Source: Malacoraja senta (Eukaryota). Taken from it: DNA of 64,000 bases. Below are positions 12,360-25,502 of the stretch, in pieces (within the stretch, counting starts at the first letter, position 1; each line of letters starts with the position of its first letter). Position numbers and translations under genes: made by a program. The DNA is taken from the NCBI GenBank assembly GCA_038087875.1, contig CM075993.1, positions 4,404,001 through 4,468,000 on the forward strand, given 5' to 3'. Under the pieces are notes generated by a model that saw nothing but the letters and a program-made list of their open reading frames with translations, had not been told where the DNA came from and did not search any database.

Positions 12360-12918
12360 TTGCGTACAGTTTTGGTCTCCTAATCTGAGGAAAGACATTC
12401 TTGCCATAGAGGGAGTACAGAGAAGGTTCACCAGACTGATTCCTGGGATGGCAGGACTTTCATATGAAGAAAGACTGGATAGACTCGGCTTGTACTCTCT
12501 GGAATTTAGAAGATTGAGGGGGGATCTTATAGAAACTTACAAAATTCTTAAGGGGTTGGACAGGCTAGATGCAAGAAGATTGTTCCCGATGTTGGGGAAG
12601 TCCAGAACAAGTGGTCACAGTTTAAGGATAAGGGGGAAGTCTTTTAGGACCGAGATGAGATTATTTTTTTTTTTCACACAGTGAGTGGTGAATCTGTGGA
12701 ATTCTCTGCCACAGAAAGTAGTTGAGGCCAGTTCATTGGCTATATTTAAGAGGGAGTTAGATGTGGCCCTTGTGGCTAAAGGGATCAGGGGTATGGAGAG
12801 AAGGCAGGTACAGGATACTGAGTTGGATGATCAGCCATGATCATATTGAATGGCGTGCAGGCTCGAAGGGCCGAATGGCCTACTCCTGCACCTATTTTCT
12901 ATGTTTCTATGTTTCTAT
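12360..12918 (+). mobile_element. CR1 3' fragment
   Basis: ORF 12448-12684 (LGLYSLEFRRLRGDLIETYKI) and (TTTCTATG)n tail. Confidence 0.88.
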
Positions 12919-13589
12919 GGATTATTGGTTCAGTAACAAAATACTATGCCACCTTTTGTACTACATCCGACACTTACTACGGCACTCTCTGTTTTCTATC
13001 TTCCTCTGTCCCTTTGTCCCTCCCTCTCTTCCACCCCAGTCCCATCTCTCCAGGACTCCTTGTCCATCTCCCTCTCTTGCTAAGACAGACACAAAACGCT
13101 GGAGTAACCTCAGCGGGTCAGGCAGGCTTCCCTGGAGAGAAGGAATGGGTGAGGTTCTGTTTCTGCCCAGTGTTCGGAGCGAGGTAATTCTGGCGCGCTT
13201 CCAGTAGCCAAGACCAGAAAGTGTTAGAGCAGTAGGAACAAGTCACCTCCTGGAATAGCAATCAACCAAAGAATTGCTCATTTATATCCTGTAGTGAGCG
13301 AAATTAGACACACACGCAGTGTGCCTCGTGAGGTTAGCTGATTATAGGAAAGCCCAGTGGGGAGTCTTATGGTGATTAAGGTGCGGACTGGAGAATGTCA
13401 TCCAGTGCATTGCTGTGAAGATCAAGATTGTTCCAACTTCAATCCCCATTTTCTGCAATTCCCCTCAATCCGCCCACTTAGTGGGAGTGCCCCCCCCCTC
13501 TCTGACATGGGTACTGTAACCAACCCAAGTTGGGCCGAAGGGCCTGCTTCCACACTGTACGACTCAATGGCTCCAGATTCATAAAATAA

Positions 13590-13890
13590 CACGGTGGCGC
13601 AGCGGTAGAGTTGCTGCTCACAGCGCCGGAGACCCGGGTTCAATCCCGACTACGGGTGCTGCCTGTACGGAGTTCGCACGTTCTCCCCGTGACCTGCGTG
13701 GGTTTTCTCCGAGATCTTCGGTTTCCTCCCACACTCCAGAGACGTTCGGGTTTGTAGGTTAATTGGCTTGGTGTAAATGTACTAATTGTATGGGATAGTG
13801 TTAGTGCGCGGGGATCGCTGGTCGGCGCGGACCCGGTGGGCCGAAGGGCCTGTTTCCGCGCTGTATCTCTAAACTAAACTAGACTAGACA
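13590..13890 (+). mobile_element. tRNA-derived HE1/V-SINE, full length (representative; further copies at ~2310, 2975, 10490, 17953, 26800, 33940, 35515, 36965, 37810, 40125, 41400, 42170, 43505, 49060, 53070, 56570)
   Basis: A box TGGCGCAGCGG, B box GGTTCAATCCC, V-domain GGAGTT..CACGTTCTCCCCGTG..TGCGTGGGTTTTCTCCG, LINE-like tail GGGCCGAAGGGCCTGTTTCC plus (AAACT)n. Confidence 0.85.
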
Positions 13891-15861
13891 AGGTAAGCGC
13901 AGTGAAACGTCCCGAAATGTCACCCATTCCTTCTCTCCAGAGATGCCGCCTGTCCCGCTGAGTTACTCCAGCAGATTTGTTTCTCTCCTGAGTCGACCTG
14001 TGCTCTCTGCTTCTTGCCTTCTTGCCTTCCCACGTTTCAACAGCTACGGTGCCCGATAGATTTGGCCAGGTGCTTGCGGGGCTTTGCAGTCAGAGCCACA
14101 TCTCCTGGCCAGCCCTTTTCCCGTCAGGCACAAATCAGGAACGCTCTCCGCTTGCAGGGAGGATTACAGCTGAGCGTCCGAGACAAAGCAAGCCACTTGG
14201 TATGCTGTCCGCCACCCCAGACATTCATTCCCCTGGGCACTGGTGCATGCAAGCTGCTACGTGAACCAACTGCAGCATGCACCGGATCAGATAGTGACCC
14301 TTCCTCCAGTACTCTGCCTGTATGTCGATGCATTTATTTACACCGTATACCATGTCGTGCATAAAACCACCAGAGGAATAGATCGGGGTAGACGCACAGA
14401 GTCTCTTGCCCAGAGGAGGTGAATCGAGGACCAGAGGACATAGGTTTGCGGTGAAGGGAAAAGATTTAATTGGAATCTGAAGGGTCATGTTTTCACACAA
14501 AGGGTGGTGGGTGTACGGAACGAGCTGCCAGAGGACATAGTTGAGGCTGGGACGATCGCAACGTACATGGATAGGACACGTTTGGAGGGATATGAGCCAA
14601 ACGCGGGCAGGTGGGACTAGTGTAGCTGGGACATGTTGGCCTGTGTGGGCAACTTGAGCCGAAGGGCCTGTTTCCACGATGTATCTCTAATCTAAACTAG
14701 TGTGAACAGGTGAACTAGTGTGGTCAGAATGGAGTCAATGGGCCGAAGGGCCTGTTTCCACGATGTATCACTCTATGACTCTATGCGGCAACTCTTCAGA
14801 CTGATGTCTGTGAGAGTATTTTATGTGTTGTCTTAATAAAAAAGACTCAGAGTTGGAGTATCTCAGCAGATCAGGCAGCAGCTCTGGGGAACATGTAGAG
14901 GCAATGTTTCAAGTCGGGACTCTTCTTCAGGGCCCAAAACGTTACCTACCAGATTCTCCAGAGATGTTGCGTGACCTGCTATGTTACTCCAGCAATTTGG
15001 ATCTTTTTCTTGTAGACCAGCATCTGCAGTTCCTTGTGTCCACCCCACCACCTGCTGGTTTCCCTCCAAGCCCCACCCCATCCCGAAGTGGACGTTATTG
15101 TCGTTCCTTCTTTCAGATCTTTTCAGCGATACAGCATGGAAACGGGCCCTTCGACCCTTCGGCCCACAGCGTCCATCAATCGCCTCGTTCCCGCTAGTTC
15201 TAAGTTATTGCACTTTCACACCCACTTCCCGCCCGGCCAGGGCAATTTACAGCGCCAACTAATCTACAAACCCGTACACCTTTGGGATGTGGGAGGAAAC
15301 CGGAGCGCCTGGTGGAAACCCACGCCGTCGCAGGGAGAGGTGTTGGGCCGAAGGGCCTGTTTCCACACTGTATCATTCTATGACGTTATCTGTGCACTGT
15401 GAACGACTTGATTGTAATCATGTATTGTCTTTATTTTTAACTGGATCGCACGCAAACAAAAGTTTTTCACCGCACGTGACGACAATTCATGAATCTAAAC
15501 ATTGTCACGTGGACTGTATGGGTGCCCCACCCTGTAAAAGGGAGGTGTGTGGGTGACACACTTTGCACTAAACATTGTTCTCTATGTCAGTGGGCTGTGG
15601 ACAGCTTGACTGGGTTTGTGTACAAGTCTCTTCATTGACTTGATAGCACGCAGACGAAAGCTTTTCACTGTACCTCGGTACACATTGCAGCAATGACTTC
15701 ATCTAAACATTGTCACTGGGAGTGGTGTGGGTGTCACGGGGGGCCCGTGGGTGCTCCACCCTATCACAGGGAGTATTGTGGGTGCCCCCACCCTGTTACA
15801 GGGACCCCTGTGTGCCCCAGGGTGCTGGAGGCCCAGCTCACCTCTCTGCGTGTCTCGGCAG

Positions 15862-16041
15862 GCTTGCTCGGGAAGGGGACGTGTCAGACCTGGAGATCAT
15901 CTCCCACCAGGTGGAGGAGGAGAGGCAGCGCGTGCAGCTGGTCAGCTTTGCCTACCGCGACCTGCCCCTGGCCGCCCTCGACCTCTCGCTCGCCGGCTCC
16001 CAGCTGCTCTCCAACATGGACGAGGACGACCAGAGGGAGAG
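15862..16041 (+). CDS. TMEM266: TMEM266 coding exon (first one identified; cytosolic N-terminus; begins in phase 2, so an upstream ATG exon is needed)
   Basis: cag| acceptor at 15859-61 and |gtgagc donor at 16042. Translates LAREGDVSDLEIISHQVEEERQRVQLVSFAYRDLPLAALDLSLAGSQLLSNMDEDDQRE, matching recalled human ISEVEIISQQVDEE...VQLVNFAYRDLPLAAVDLSTAGSQLLSNLDEDYQRE. Confidence 0.93.
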
Positions 16042-17174
16042 GTGAGCGGTCCCGCCAGAAACCCCTCCCCACACCCCCTCCCCCCCCCCTGCACCACGCC
16101 GTGCCCCCGAAACCCAAACACGCCACGCCGGGAAAACCCAGCTGGTCAGGCAGCATCTGTGGAAGGAAACACACAGACGATGTTTCGGGTCGCGACCCTT
16201 CCTCAAACTGATGGAATAACGGGGAGAAATCTCTCTTCCACCTATCTCCCTTCTACTCCATCAATCCAAAGAAGAGTCCCGTCCCAAAATCTTATCCGCC
16301 CATTTCCCTGCTCACTGTATCTGTACACTGTGGACGGCTCAATTGTAATCATGTATTGTCTTTCTGCTGACTGGAGAGCACGCAACAAAAGCTTTTCACC
16401 GTACCTCGGTACACGTGACAAGAGACTAAACTCAAACTCAAATCCCCTCCACAGATGCTGCTGCCTGATACTCTGAGTTCCTCCAGCACTTTGTGTTTTT
16501 TTTCCCCTCAAGATTCCAGCACCTGCAGTTGTTCGGATTTGGAACTCATTCCATGAGGGAGTTACATCGAGTCAGTCGGTGCTGTCAAAAAAACTGGCTT
16601 GGTAGTTAGCGGATCAGAGAGATAGCGAGATAGAGAGCAAGAGAATGGGAATACAGGGCTTTCCCGGGTCTCCGTACACAAGGACAGTGCGTAAAAAGGC
16701 GGGAATGTGGTCAATCAAGGACAACGTGTAGAGAAACCAGGCACGAGGAACTGCAGATGCTGGGATCTTGAGCAAAGCGCAGAGTACTGGAGGAACTCAG
16801 CATGTCGGGCAGCGTCTGTGGAGGGAATAGATAGTCAACGTTTCAGGTCGGGGCCCTTCTTCAGACTGATTGTAGTGGAGGGGGAGAAAACTGGATAAAA
16901 AAGAGTTGAGCGCGGGACAAAGCCTGGCGAGTGATGGGTGGATGTAGGTGAGGGGTGATCGGCAGATGGGTGGAGTAAGTGGCAAAGGCTAGAGGTGAGA
17001 AGGAGACACGGAGATAGACTTGTATATACACAGACACACTCCAGTATGAAGAAGGGTCTCGACCCGAAGCGTCACCCATTCCTTCTCTCCAGAGACGCGG
17101 CCTGTTCCGCTGAGTTACTCCAACATTTTATGCCCATCTTCGATTTAAACCAGCATCTGCAGTTCCATCCTGCC

Positions 17175-17276
17175 CACGCACACGCGCACGCACACGCACA
17201 CGCACACACACAGACACACACACACACACGCACACACACACACACACACACAGAAACACACACACACACACACGCA

Positions 17277-17310
<34 letters not shown>

Positions 17311-17323
17311 GACACACACACAC

Positions 17324-17392
<69 letters not shown>

Positions 17393-17530
17393 CACACACA
17401 GGCACACACACAGAAACACACACACACTCACACACACAGACACACACACACACACACACACACACATGCAGACACACACACACACACGCACACACACACA
17501 CACACACACAGAAACACACACACACACGCA

Positions 17531-17563
<33 letters not shown>

Positions 17564-17581
17564 AAACACACGCAAACACAC

Positions 17582-17618
<37 letters not shown>

Positions 17619-17845
17619 CACACACACACACGCACACACACAGAAACACACACACGCACACACACAGAAACACACAGAAACACACACACACACACACACA
17701 CAGACACACACACACACACACAGACACACACGCAGACACACACACACACAGACACACACACACGCAGACACACACACACACACAGACACACACACACACA
17801 GACACACACACACAGACACACACACACACACACACACACGTGTGC
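17175..17845. repeat. Long compound (CA)n microsatellite
   Basis: About 670 nt of CA with CAGA/CGCA/GAAA interruptions. Confidence 0.97.
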
Positions 17846-18977
17846 ACACACATAAACACACAATCTGTGAAACATACACACATACACCCACAATTTCTCA
17901 CACGCACACAATCTTGCACAAAATCTCTCGCACAATCCCACACACAACAGGACGGCACGGTGGCGCAGCGGTAGAGTTGCTGCCTCACAGCGCCCGAGAC
18001 CCGGGTTCGATCCCGACCACGGGTGCTGTTGGCACAGAGTTTGTACGTACTCCCCGCGATCGAAAAACGTGGGTTTTCTCCGAGATCTTCCGGTTTCCAC
18101 CCACATTCCAAAGACGTACAGGTTTGCAGGTTAATTGGCTTGGTGTAAATGTGTAAACTGTCCCTAGCGTGTGAGGGGATAGTGTTAATGTACGGACTCG
18201 GTGGGCCGAAGGGCCTGTTTCCACGCTGAATCTCTAAACTAAACTGAAGTTCTTGCACACACATACAATCACCATCTCACATGCCTGCATGCACAGACAC
18301 ACACACACACAATATCACACACACTGCATGCATGTACACACATGCATAATCACACACACACACACACACACATGAAGCAGCCTGCCTGCCTGCCCCTTCT
18401 CTCCAGTACCCAGAGCAGGAGGCAACTCCTGTGGTTATTTAATTAGTGTACATCTTGGAGGAAGGCTCAGGAGCATCTTGGAGGAAGGCTCAGGAGCATC
18501 TTGTTATCTAACAGGTCACAGGCACCCACCTTCTGCAGGAGTAGTCCCCAGAAGCAGCATCTGCAAGCTTAAGGCTCTCAGCAATTTCTCTCAACATTTA
18601 ATTTACTATCTTGAGGGGAGGAAGATACGTTTGGTTGCTTTCCGAGTGTGACTTTGATTCGTATTTCGCTGCCCAGCCCAAGGCTCCAGATTAATTGACC
18701 CCGAACCTGTTCAGTAGTTTAAAAAAAATTGTGTTTTTGTTCAAACCTTTTCCTCTCACCTCTTGTGTTCGGACAATATTCCAGTATTTTAGCACGGAGT
18801 CAGGGCGAGCAGGGATTAGGTGAGGCTGTGGATGAGGCCAGTTTAGTTTATTGTCACGTGTAGAGTGAAAAGCATATGTTGCGTGCTAACCAGTCAGCGG
18901 AAAGGCAATACATGATTACAATCGAGCCATTTACAGTTAATAGATACTTGATAAGGGAATAACGTGTAGTGCAATAT

Positions 18978-19405
18978 AAACATAGAAACATAGAAAATAG
19001 GTGCAGGAGTAGGCCATTCGGCCCTTCGAGCCTGCACCGCCATTCAATATGATCATGGCTGATCATCCAACTCAGTATCCTGTACCTGCCTTCTCTCCAT
19101 ACCCCCTGATCCCTTTAGCCACAAGGGCCACATCTAACTCCCTCTTAAATATAGCCAATGAACTGGCCTCAACTACCTTCTGTGGCAGAGAATTCCAGAG
19201 ATTCACCACTCTCTATGTGAAAAATGTTTTTCTCATCTCGGTCCTAAAAGACTTCCCCCTTATCCTTAAACTGTGACCCCTTGTTCTGGACTTCCTCAAC
19301 ATCGGGAACAATCTTCCTGCATCTAGCCTGTCCAACCCCTTAAGAATTTTGTAAGTTTCTATAAGATCCCCCCTCAATTTTCAAAATCTTCTAAATTCTA
19401 GCGAG
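18978..19405 (-). mobile_element. CR1 3' fragment
   Basis: Near-identical to the 3' end of the 25503-26626 element. Confidence 0.85.
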
Positions 19406-19630
19406 TAAAGTCCGATCAAGGATAGTCCGAGGGTCACCAAAGAGGTAGATAGTAGTTCAGGACAGCTCTCTGTTTGTGGTAGGATGATTCAGTTGCCTGA
19501 TAACAGCTGGGAAGAATCTGTCCCTGAATCTGGAGGTGTGCGTTTTCACACTTCTGTACCTTCTGCCTGATGGGAGAGGGGAGGAGAGGGAGTGGCCCGG
19601 GGGCGACTCGTCCTTGATTACGCTGCCGGC
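19406..19630 (-). mobile_element. Rex1/Babar-type LINE 3' fragment (its 3' part lies at ~18840-18977, split off by CR1; other copies at ~5180-5350 and ~32005-32375)
   Basis: Peptide IKDESPPGHSLSSPLPSGRRYRSVKTHTSRFRDRFFPAVIRQLN, typical of the Rex1/Babar C-terminus. Confidence 0.75.
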
Positions 19631-19930
19631 TATATTCTGCCCTGTAGTATTTTCCTCTTTGCTCTCCCTGCTGTATTTGTGTACGGTTTGACTGATCTCT
19701 TCTCTAGTGTGATTTGACTGGATAGCACACAAACAGATTCAGTAGCCTGATAACAGCTGGTGAATCTGCCGCGACATGTACCATGTAAGCGGCTAGACTG
19801 GGCTAAATAATCTGCTGGTTCCTGTCAAGCCCCTGTTTCGCAAATGATTTATTTCCAGAAAACACAGTCGGTGCCACATATAGTACAAACAGGATGTCCT
19901 GCAACTTGGTAGCAATTGCATTTTTCTTTC

Positions 19931-20508
19931 AATAGACAATAGACAATAGACAATAGGTGCAGGAGAGGCCATTCAGCCCTTCGAGCCAGCACCGCCATTC
20001 AATGTGATCGTGGCTGATCATCCCCAATCAGTTTCCCGTTCCTGCCTTCTCCCCATATCCCCTGACTCCGCTATTTTTAAGAGCCCTATCTAGCTCTCTC
20101 TTGAAAGCATCCAGAGAACCTGCCTCCACCAGAGAATTCCACAGACTCACCACTCTCTGTGAGAAAAAGTGTTTCCTCGTCTCCGTTCTAAATGGCTTAC
20201 CCTTTATTCTTAAACTGTGGCCCCTGGTTCTGGACTCCCCCAACATCGGGAACATGTTTCCTGCCTCTAGCGTGTCCAAACCCTTAACAATCTTATATGT
20301 TTCAATGAGATACCCTCTCATCCTTCTAAACTCCAGAGCGTACAAGCCCAGCCGCTCCATTCTCTCAGCATATGACAGTCCCGCCATCCCGGGAATTAAC
20401 CTTGTAAACCTACGCCTCACTCCCTCATTGGCAAGAATGTCCTTCCTCAAATTAGGGGACCAAAACGGCACACAATACTCCAGGTGTGGTCTCACTAGGG
20501 CCCTGTGC
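19931..20508 (-). mobile_element. CR1 3' fragment
   Basis: ORF 20028-20513 CR1 motifs; (CAATAGA)n tail. Confidence 0.88.
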
Positions 20509-22839
20509 AACAAATTACGTTTTGCACAAATGTGTAACTTGGGGCCCAGCGTGGGAGGGGAAGATATATGGGGGACCCCGATGAGGGGAGAGGGGGGGTG
20601 GAGAACAAAAGGAGGAGCCGGCGTACTTTGTAACTTTGTCCGTGCCCTAGGTGCCCGCTATTTGGGCACCTTGGGTAAGCAAGCAAAGAATGTCATTGTG
20701 CCGTGTGGCAATGAAATATTCCATTCCAAATGTCTTGTTTTTTTTAATTGTTTTATTGATTTTTTTTAATTGATCTTTCTGTGAGAGATTTTATACGTAA
20801 TTTGTGTATCATTTGCGTTTCTGCCTGTTCTGTTTGCCTGCGCGGCTGCTGCAGGCAAGATACCTGTTGTACCTGGCCCTGCCCATGCATGTGACACCTG
20901 TAGATCAGGTAGATCGAATGGTAAAGAAGGCTTTGGGTTCATTGGCCTTCTTCAGTCAGGGTACTGAGTACAGAATTTGGCACACTAAAGGAGGCTAAGA
21001 GCTGGAGTAACTCTACAGGTCAGGCAGCATCTCTGGAGAACACGGATACAGTAGGTGACGTCTTAGGTCGAGTTCCGAAACATCACCTATCCATGTTCTA
21101 CAATACTGTTGTACATTCTATATTATAGAACGTAATACTTTTGTATTATCTGTCGAAACTGCAGATGCTAGTTTACACGAATGGACACAAAGTGCTGGAG
21201 TAACTCAGCGGGTCAAGCAGTAATTCTGGATAACATGGTTAGGCAATGTCTCAGGTTGAAGAAAGGTCCTGAACAAAACGCCACTCTTCCGTGTTCTCCA
21301 GAGATGCTGCCTGACCTGCTGAGTTACTCCAGTAAATTTGTGCTCATTTATAGTATTATCTCAAGTCAAGTCAAGTTTACACATACGAGATGTACAGTGA
21401 AATGAAAAGTGGCGATGCTCGCGAATTGTGCAAAAAAACAAACGAACAAATACAAACAGAATGGAACAGTATCACATATTCACATATTACATATTTGTGG
21501 GAGGGGGGGGGGAGATAAAGGAAATAAACAGCAATTTAAAAAATACACCACACAACAGTAATCTGATCTGATTGTCTCCCATGCAAAACAAAGCTTTACA
21601 CAGTACCTCAGTACACCTCCCTCCCCCACCCAAGCTGTTGTACTAACTTCAAAGCCGTCTTGTTGAGTCTCATTGTCTGTGTCTCGTTTTCACCGAGCTC
21701 ACAGCTAACAATGGCCTGTCTCCTATATCATCGTCACTTTTCTGGCATTTCTTCCATTCATTTGTTCTATATCTCTCTATATCGCCGTCTATATCTCTTG
21801 TTTCCTTTTTCCCCTGACTCTAAGTCTGGAAGAAGGGTCTCAACCAGAAACGTCACCTCTTCCATGTCTCCAGACGCTGCTGCCTGACCCGCTGAGTTAC
21901 CCCAGCTTTTTGTGTCTGCCCCCACTATTGCCACTTAAGATGCACCTTCATAGTGATTGAGCAGGCCATTGCCCATATGATCCAAGGTGCAGTAGAGGTC
22001 CTGCCTGCTTATACCATATGGAGTCTCCCAGTTCCTTCCGGTCCTTGGTTTGAGGAGATGCTGACTGGAGTACGCGTTCTGATGAGACAGAGTTGTAATT
22101 ATGAAAGGTTTAATTGTTGACTGTGTCCAAGTGCATTCTTCTCTAATTGAGCTGCAGGATATCCAATCTGTTGTATTTCTCAAATATTTTCCTTTGTATT
22201 GGTAATTAATGGAAGGATTGCAATGTCAGGGCGCCCTGAGGTACCAATTTTCTGATCAGTTTCCTTAACCTAGTTCTCTCCGCTGTTGTTCCCATTGATG
22301 CCAGCGCGTGAACAACAAGCTGAGGTCAGCATTACTGCGTGAGGGGCCCCAAGATTAATTTAGAGGAATCAGGCCCTTTGGCCCACTGTCCAGTATCAGG
22401 ACAGCATGGGATCAGGCCCTTCGGCCCACCATGCCCATGCCGACCACATGCCCCATCTAAACTAGTCATACGGTCAGAAGAGAAAGGAACAGAATTAGGC
22501 CATTCGGCCCGTCAAGTCTACACCGCCATTCAATCATGGCTGATCTATCTCTCCCTCCTAACCCCATTCTCCTGCCTTCTCCCCATAACCCCTGACACCC
22601 GTACTAATCAAGAATCTCTGCCTGAAAAATATCCATTATCTTGGCTTCCACAGCCCTCTGTGGCAATGAGTTCCACAGATTCACCACCCTCTGACTAAAG
22701 AAGTGACTCCAGTATTTTGTGTCTATCGTCATTTTAATCCAGCATCCGCCCGACACATATTCCAGCATCCTTCATACACGTATTCACCCAACGATTAGGT
22801 TAGATCTTCAGTGGGATTCACAAGCCCACAAGCTACAGG

Positions 22840-23410
22840 AGTGGAATTAGGCCATTCGGCCCATCGGGCCCACTCCACCATTCAATCATGGGGTTGATCT
22901 CTGCCTCCTAATCCCATCTTCCTGCCTTCTCCCCATAACCCCTGACACCCATTTTAATCAAGAATTTTATCTCTGCTTGAAAATATCCACTGACTTGGCC
23001 TCTGTGGCAATAAGTTCCACAGATTAACTACCCTCTGACTAAAGAAGTTCCTCCTCACCTCCGTTCTAAAAGATTGCCCTTTAAATCTGAGGCTGTGACC
23101 TCTGGTGCTAGACTCTCCCACCGGTGGAAACATCCTCTCCACATCCACTCTATCCAGGCCTTTCATTATTCTGTAAGTTTCAATGAGGTGTCCCCTCATC
23201 CTTCTAAACTCCAGCGAGTACAGGCCCAGTGCCTTCAAATGCATCGTATGTTAACCCACTCATTCCTGGGATCGTTCTTGTAAACCTCCTCTGGACCCTC
23301 TCCAGAGCCAGCACATCTTTCCTCCGATATGGGGCCCATATTTGCTCACAGTGCTCCAAATGCGGCCTGACCAGCGCCTTATAGAGCCTCAGCATTACAT
23401 CTCTGTTCTT
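22840..23410 (-). mobile_element. CR1 3' fragment
   Basis: ORFs 22954-23244 and 23204-23620 carry [13 protein letters not shown] and RRMRGHLIETY motifs. Confidence 0.85.
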
Positions 23411-23632
23411 GAATGTTGTATGTGCCGTGCCTGACTTGATTTGCTCATAGATGACAGGGCTGCAAACCGACAGGGTGCATGTGTTGTGACAGTCATAGAG
23501 TGACACAGCGTGGAAACAGGCCCTTCGGCCCAACTTGCCCGCACCGCCCAACATGTCCCAGCCACATTGGTCCCATCTGCCTGCACTTGGTCCATATCCC
23601 TCCAAACCTGTCCTATGCATGTACCTGTCTCA

Positions 23633-23888
23633 AGGCCCTGTCCCACTTTCCCGAGTCACTCACGAACTCTGCCGAGTTTCCCCCTTGATTCGAACTCGGG
23701 GAATGTCGGGTAATGTCGGTAGTGAGTCCGTAGGAACTCGGGGCATCAGGTCAGTCGGGACGTTTTTTTCAAATGTCCACGAGTTAAAAAAAATAGCCCC
23801 GAGTACCTACGAACGGCTATTACCGTAATTATCTGAGTTCGAATCTCGGGAGAGTTCGTGAGTAACTCGGGAAAGTGGGACAGGGGGG
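23633..23888. mobile_element. MITE of the same TIR family, ~110 nt upstream of an exon
   Basis: CCCTGTCCCACTTTCCCGAGTCACTCACGAACTCT ... AGAGTTCGTGAGTAACTCGGGAAAGTGGGACAGGG. Confidence 0.8.
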
Positions 23889-23997
23889 CCACTTAACTGT
23901 TTCTAAAACATTGGGATAGTCCCAGCCTCAACTACCTCCTGTGGCAGCTTGTTCCATACACCCACCAGCTAACGCCCAGCCTCTCTCTCCACTGCAG

Positions 23998-24152
23998 CTC
24001 CAACTGGCTGAAGCCGTGCTGTGGGGGCCGGGCGGCCTTGTGGCAGGTGGTGCTGCTCAGCGCCGGCCTCAACTGCTTCCTGGTGGCCTCCGTCGTGCTG
24101 GTCGTCATTCTCCTCATGCTCGAGCTGCTCATCGACACCAAGCTCCTCCAGT
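23998..24152 (+). CDS. TMEM266: TMEM266 coding exon (S0/S1 helix)
   Basis: Pyrimidine tract plus ctgcag| acceptor and |gtgagt donor. Translates (S)SNWLKPCCGGRAALWQVVLLSAGLNCFLVASVVLVVILLMLELLIDTKLLQ; phase 2 in, phase 1 out, consistent with neighbours. Confidence 0.95.
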
Positions 24153-25270
24153 GTGAGTACCCGCGCTGGGGTTGTGTTACTCTGAGTACTAGGCCCCGTG
24201 ATAGTGTTACTCTGAGTACTGGGCCCCGTGGTAGTGTTACTCTGAGTACTGGGCCCCGTGGTAGTGTTACTCTGAGTACTAGGCCCCGTGGTAGTGTTAC
24301 TCTGAGTACTGGGCCCCGTGGTAGTGTTACTCTGAGTACTAGGCCCCGTGATAGTGTTACTCTGTGTACTAGGCCCCGTGGTAGTGTTACTCTGAGTACT
24401 ATGCCCCGTGATAGTGTTACTCTGAGTACTAGGCCCCATGATAGTGTTACTCTGAGTACTGGGCCCCGTGGTAGTGTTACTCTGAGTAGCCGCGCCGGGG
24501 TAGTGTTACTCTGAGTACTGGGCCCATGGTAGTGTTACTCTGAGTACTGGGCCCAGAGGTAGTGTTACTCATAGTACTGTGCCCAGCAGTAGTATTACTC
24601 TGCAAGTACCTGGCCCGTGTATTGTTACTCCCAGTGCGAGTACTTAGCCCAGTGGTAGTGTTACTCTGCAAGTACCCATAGCGTCAGTGGTGGTGTTACA
24701 CCGAGTACTGGGCCCTGTGGTAGCGTTACTCTGAGTACTAGGCCCCGTGGTAGTGTTACTCTGAGTACTGGGCCCTATTGTAGTTGAGTATTAGGCCCCA
24801 TGCTATTGTTACTCTGAGTACTGGGCCCCATGGTAGTGTTACTCTGAGTACTGTCCCCAGCGTAATGTTACTATGAGTACTGGGCCCATGGTAGCGTTAC
24901 TCTGAGTACCAGCCCCGTGGTAGTGTTACTCTGCAAGTACCCGCACCGTCGTAGTGTTACTCTTAGTACTGGCCGCAGTGATAGTGTTACTCTTAGTACT
25001 CTTAGTACTCTGTGTACCGTTCCGGTGGTAGTGTTACTCTTAGTACTGGATTCGGTGGTGATGTTACTCTCATTGGGAGGATTAGTCCAGTCTTAGTGTT
25101 ACTCAATACTGTCCCCGGTGGTCGTATTACTGTGGGGACCGTCCCCATTGTTAATGCATTATGTTACTCATTCCGTGTGCAAACACTGGTGAGTAATGTT
25201 ACTCTGTACGAGTGCAGACCCCAGTGAGTAACGTTACTCATTGCACTGACACTATTGTGTAATGTTACTG
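24153..25270 (+). repeat. 30-bp minisatellite (GTGTTACTCTGAGTACTRGGCCCCGTGRTA), decaying toward its 3' end
   Basis: Exact 30-nt period visible over 24174-24487, then progressively degenerate; fills most of the 1.2-kb intron. Confidence 0.95.
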
Positions 25271-25384
25271 AGTGAATACTCTATGCGTTCCGTCTTGTCA
25301 ACACTGCGCCTTGTCTCTAAGATCTTTGGTCTATTCACCTAATGATTGCTCCTCCTTCCCCCCCCCTTCCCTCTCTCTGCCCAG

Positions 25385-25458
25385 TTACCAGTGCGTTCCA
25401 GTTTGCCGGAGTCATTCACTGGATAAGTCTCGTCATCCTTTCCGTCTTCTTCACAGAG
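25385..25458 (+). CDS. TMEM266: TMEM266 coding exon (S2 helix)
   Basis: cccag| acceptor and |gtgagt donor; 74 nt; (F)TSAFQFAGVIHWISLVILSVFFTE. Not in the supplied ORF track in this frame. Confidence 0.95.
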
Positions 25459-25502
25459 GTGAGTGCGTTTGCTGCGAGCCCCAGGGTCATTGGCCGCCGG
25501 TT

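Noticed and set aside
13590..13670. SINE heads as tRNA genes
   Set aside because: They continue into V-domain bodies and LINE-like tails and lack a complete cloverleaf.
16995..18264. Long His-Thr and Cys-Val ORFs
   Set aside because: Translations of (CA)n/(TG)n microsatellite; same for 5929-6194.
18451..18503. 23-bp tandem duplication CATCTTGGAGGAAGGCTCAGGAG
   Set aside because: Ordinary slippage duplication with no further structure.
23969..24671. Mucin/antifreeze-like ORFs (TTGPSTQSNT)n and (GPRGSVTLST)n
   Set aside because: Translations of the 30-bp intronic minisatellite beyond the splice donor at 24153.
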